DNA of 24,027 bases from the NCBI GenBank assembly GCA_043819795.1, contig JBDREN010000166.1:1-24027 (forward strand), written 5' to 3'. The position numbers were made by a program, and so were the translations under genes. Numbering within the stretch: the stretch's first letter is position 1; each line of letters begins with the position of its first letter. Under the pieces are notes generated by a model, which ran no database searches, was not told the origin of the DNA, and worked only from the letters and a program-made list of their open reading frames with translations. This stretch comes from Elusimicrobiota bacterium (GTDB lineage: Bacteria; Elusimicrobiota; Elusimicrobia; UBA1565). This document shows, one piece after another, positions 17,610 to 24,027 of this stretch.

Positions 17610-18958
17610 TGAGAAGGTCCCTCCCGCTCGCGCTGATGCTGCTGGTCGCCGGCTGCGGCACGGTGCTGATGAAGGCGGTCAAGCGCAACGACATGGCCAA
17701 GGTGACCGAGCTGGTGGAGAGCGGCGTCGACGTCAACGAGAAGAAATCCTGGGACGACACGGGCGCGAACTCGGATTCGACGGCCCTGCACGCGGCGGCG
17801 CACTTCGGGCGCGTCGGCATGGTGCGCTACCTCATCGAACAGGGCGCGGACGTGAACGCGACGAGCGGCGCGAACTACACTCCCCTGCACAACGCCGCTT
17901 GGACGGGGCAGGTGCGGGTGACGAAGATGCTGCTGGAGGCCGGCGCGGATCCCTGGATGACGGACTCCTCGGGGGATACGCCGGCGGAGGAGGCGAGGCG
18001 TTCCGGCCACAAGGAAGTCGAGAGGATCCTAAGAGCGGCCATGGGGGAGGAGGAGGCGGCGGCTCCCGCGCAAGCCCCGCCCGAGGAGCGGCATGCCGCG
18101 CTCGAGGAGACGCCCCGGCCCTCCGGCCCCGGGACCTCCCCGAAGCCCGCGCCCCGGGCCGTCAGATCGGACGTGGACGTCCTTCCGGCGGGCGGGTCGA
18201 GGAGGCGGGAGAACGCCTACGCCGTCGTGATCGGCATAGAGAATTACCGGGAGAGGCTGCCGGCCGTGGACTTCGCCGCCAGCGACGCCGAGCTCGTCGC
18301 CAAGTACCTGACGAAGGCGATGGGCTTCCCCGAGGAGAACGTCGTGACCCTCCTCAACGAGCGGGCGGCCAAGTCCGACCTGGAGAAGTACCTGGAGCAG
18401 TGGCTGGAGAACAACGTCGAGGCGGGCGGTACCGTATTCGTCTACTACTCGGGGCACGGCGCGCCCAGCCACAAGACCCGGGAGGCCTTCCTGGTCCCCT
18501 ACGACGGCGACCCGACCTACATCAACAAGACGGGCTACGCCCTGCCCCGGCTTTACCGGACGCTCGCGAAGCTGCCGGCCGACGAGGTGGTGGTGATGCT
18601 GGATTCGTGCTTCTCCGGGGCCGGGGGGCGCAGCGTTATCGCCAAGGGGGCCCGCCCCCTGGTCATGGTGGTGACGGAGCCCGAGAGCCTCGGCAAGAAC
18701 ATCGCGGTCCTGTCCGCGGCGTCCGGGACGCAGATCAGCTCCACCTACGACCCCAAAGGCCACGGGCTGTTCACCTACTTCCTGCTCAAGGGCCTCCAGG
18801 GCAAGGCGGACCTCGATGAGGACGGCGCGGTGGAGATCGGCGAGCTCCACGGCTACCTCAGGCCCAACGTGGAGCGGGTCGCGAGAAAGCTCTACAACAC
18901 CGAGCAGACTCCCCAGCTCAGGGTCCCCAAGGGACGCAGGTTCCTGCTGACGCGGTAG
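17606..18958 (+). CDS. Lipoprotein with ankyrin repeats and a caspase-family (peptidase C14) domain
   Basis: Lipobox LVAGC; ankyrin motifs TALHAAA..G, TPLHNAA..G and GADP; Pro/Ala linker; [16 protein letters not shown] and LDSCFSG (intact His-Cys dyad); [12 protein letters not shown]. Confidence 0.92.
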   Translation: MMRRSLPLALMLLVAGCGTVLMKAVKRNDMAKVTELVESGVDVNEKKSWDDTGANSDSTALHAAAHFGRVGMVRYLIEQGADVNATSGANYTPLHNAAWTGQVRVTKMLLEAGADPWMTDSSGDTPAEEARRSGHKEVERILRAAMGEEEAAAPAQAPPEERHAALEETPRPSGPGTSPKPAPRAVRSDVDVLPAGGSRRRENAYAVVIGIENYRERLPAVDFAASDAELVAKYLTKAMGFPEENVVTLLNERAAKSDLEKYLEQWLENNVEAGGTVFVYYSGHGAPSHKTREAFLVPYDGDPTYINKTGYALPRLYRTLAKLPADEVVVMLDSCFSGAGGRSVIAKGARPLVMVVTEPESLGKNIAVLSAASGTQISSTYDPKGHGLFTYFLLKGLQGKADLDEDGAVEIGELHGYLRPNVERVARKLYNTEQTPQLRVPKGRRFLLTR

Positions 18959-18988
18959 GCCCCTCGGGCGTCTACCCGCCCGGAGGGC
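18959..18988. terminator. GC-rich hairpin between convergent genes
   Basis: GCCCCTCGGGCG-tctacc-CGCCCGGAGGGC imperfect stem with no U-tract. Confidence 0.4.
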
Positions 18989-19025
18989 GGGGGAGCTCCT
19001 GAGCCCGGCCGGTCCTACCCTCGGA

Positions 19026-20159
19026 TTACTCAGAGCCGGGAGCTGACGTCGCCGCAAGCCCCGGGCTCCGCAGCGTCACGCGGAGCATCTCGTTGGGATG
19101 CCAAAGGCGCATAGGCGGCCCCCAGGTGCCCGTGCCCCGGCTGACGATGACCGTCATGCCGCCCACCTCGTAGCGACCCGCGAGGAGCGGGTACCTTCGC
19201 CGGACCAGGTAGCCGAATGGCCATATCTGCCCGCCGTGGGTGTGGGCGGAGAGCATCAGGCCCGCTCCCAAGCCCGCCGCCTCTTCGGCCCGCTCGGGCC
19301 TGTGCGAGAGCAAAACGGCCGCGCCCGGGGCCCGGCCCTTGAGCGCTTGCTTGAGCGAATCCCCGGCGCGGCCGGAACGGCTCTTCGCCCGGGGATCGTC
19401 CACCCCCGCCAGCACCAGGCCGGGCCTCACCTCGGCCCAGGCGTCGGCGAGCAACCGGAAGCCGGCGTCTTCCAGGGGGGACGCGCCTCCGTCCCGCCGG
19501 CCGTGGCGCTCGTGGTTGCCGCGCACGGCCCATACGCCCATAGGCGCCGAGAGGCGGCTCAAGACAGCGACCAGCTCCGTCGGAGGCGCGCCGTGCCCCT
19601 CGAAGATGTCTCCGAGAAGGACCACGATGTCGGGCCGCTCGGCCCGGACCTGGGCCACGCGCTTTTCGAGCCAGCGGCGTTCGTCGGCGGATTCTACGTG
19701 GAGGTCGGATACGGCGACCATCACCGTGCCGTCAAGCTCCGGGGGCAGGCCGGCGAGGGCGACCTCATAGTCCCGCACCACCGGCGGCCGCAGGCCCTGC
19801 GCGAGCGAGACCAGGAAAAGCCCGCCGCCCGCGGCCAGGGCCAGGCCGCGGACTGAAGGCGCGAGCCGGGGCAGGAGAAAGCCGAACGCCGTGACGATGT
19901 CCGCCGCGAGCAGGCACACGGCGCTCAGAAACAGCATGGCCATCCAGCTCATGCCGAAGAGCTCCAGCGCCCCGGCCAAGGCGCCGGTGCCGTGGTGGCC
20001 GTAGAAGCGGCCCAAGAAGAACGCCGTCCAGAGGATCAGGCCCGCCCCGATGAGGGCTTTCGGGGGGACGCGCCGTTTGTGAAAGCGCGCGGAGCCCGCG
20101 CGCCAGAACACGTAGACGTGCAGTAAAGTGACGATCGCCGTAAGGACGGTCCCGAACAC
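19026..20159 (-). CDS. Membrane-anchored metallophosphoesterase (YkuE-like)
   Basis: N-terminal transmembrane helices; SDLH, LLGD, GNHE, LLSHRP, AHTHGGQ and SRGTG.WGPP.R. GTG start with SD GGAGGAGG. Confidence 0.92.
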   Translation of the reverse strand: MFGTVLTAIVTLLHVYVFWRAGSARFHKRRVPPKALIGAGLILWTAFFLGRFYGHHGTGALAGALELFGMSWMAMLFLSAVCLLAADIVTAFGFLLPRLAPSVRGLALAAGGGLFLVSLAQGLRPPVVRDYEVALAGLPPELDGTVMVAVSDLHVESADERRWLEKRVAQVRAERPDIVVLLGDIFEGHGAPPTELVAVLSRLSAPMGVWAVRGNHERHGRRDGGASPLEDAGFRLLADAWAEVRPGLVLAGVDDPRAKSRSGRAGDSLKQALKGRAPGAAVLLSHRPERAEEAAGLGAGLMLSAHTHGGQIWPFGYLVRRRYPLLAGRYEVGGMTVIVSRGTGTWGPPMRLWHPNEMLRVTLRSPGLAATSAPGSE

Positions 20160-20285
20160 GCGGCCTCCTCCCGGGGATATATTACATTCTTCTCGCGTGC
20201 GCGCGGCCGCGAACCGCATCGCGGCGCTGACAGATTTTTTAAAGCATGCTTTTTAAAGCAATATTTAATAATGATTGTCGGCCGG

Positions 20286-20321
20286 TTGACATTGACTTTG
20301 ATCCGACTCAGGGCTATATAT
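20286..20321 (+). promoter_or_regulatory. Sigma-70 promoter for the LamG-repeat gene
   Basis: TTGACT (20292-20297)-N17-TATATA (20315-20320), within the tandem hexamers TTGACA-TTGACT-TTGATC. Confidence 0.65.
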
Positions 20322-20384
20322 GGGGAAAGGCGGCTTTTAGGGATTCGTAGCGGCGGTCTCGATGGAGCGGAGAGGAGAGGGGCT

Positions 20385-24027
<3,643 letters not shown>

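Overview
GC-rich bacterial DNA. The ankyrin-caspase lipoprotein and the style of the RpoD weakly suggest an Elusimicrobiota-like host, but this is inference only. From left to right the window holds: an apparently complete IS1634-family element whose left inverted repeat starts at base 1; a phytase-like esterase; a translationally coupled XRE-HTH/nucleotidyltransferase pair (candidate toxin-antitoxin) with an AT-rich palindromic operator; a CDF transporter; a small membrane protein; a 115-bp palindrome built from 9-bp units; an O-methyltransferase; and a CPA2 antiporter broken by one extra G. Next is an unusual divergent locus, rpoD-like <- rpsU <- ~360-nt structured leader | csp ->, with no dnaG. 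The right half is a cluster of secreted/surface proteins: an SBBP-propeller/Ig/PKD protein behind an attenuator-like leader, two paralogous beta-helix proteins sharing a doubled GFxxGxKxGW tail and coupled to an ankyrin-caspase lipoprotein, a metallophosphoesterase, and a >1214-aa protein with four LamG/Cys-rich units. That last protein is missing from the ORF track because it runs off the window. The best novelty candidates are the csp/rpsU/rpoD locus with its long leader RNA, the 9-bp-unit palindrome, the leader at 14724-14826, and the beta-helix/caspase operon. All family assignments come from motif recognition by eye; no searches were run.
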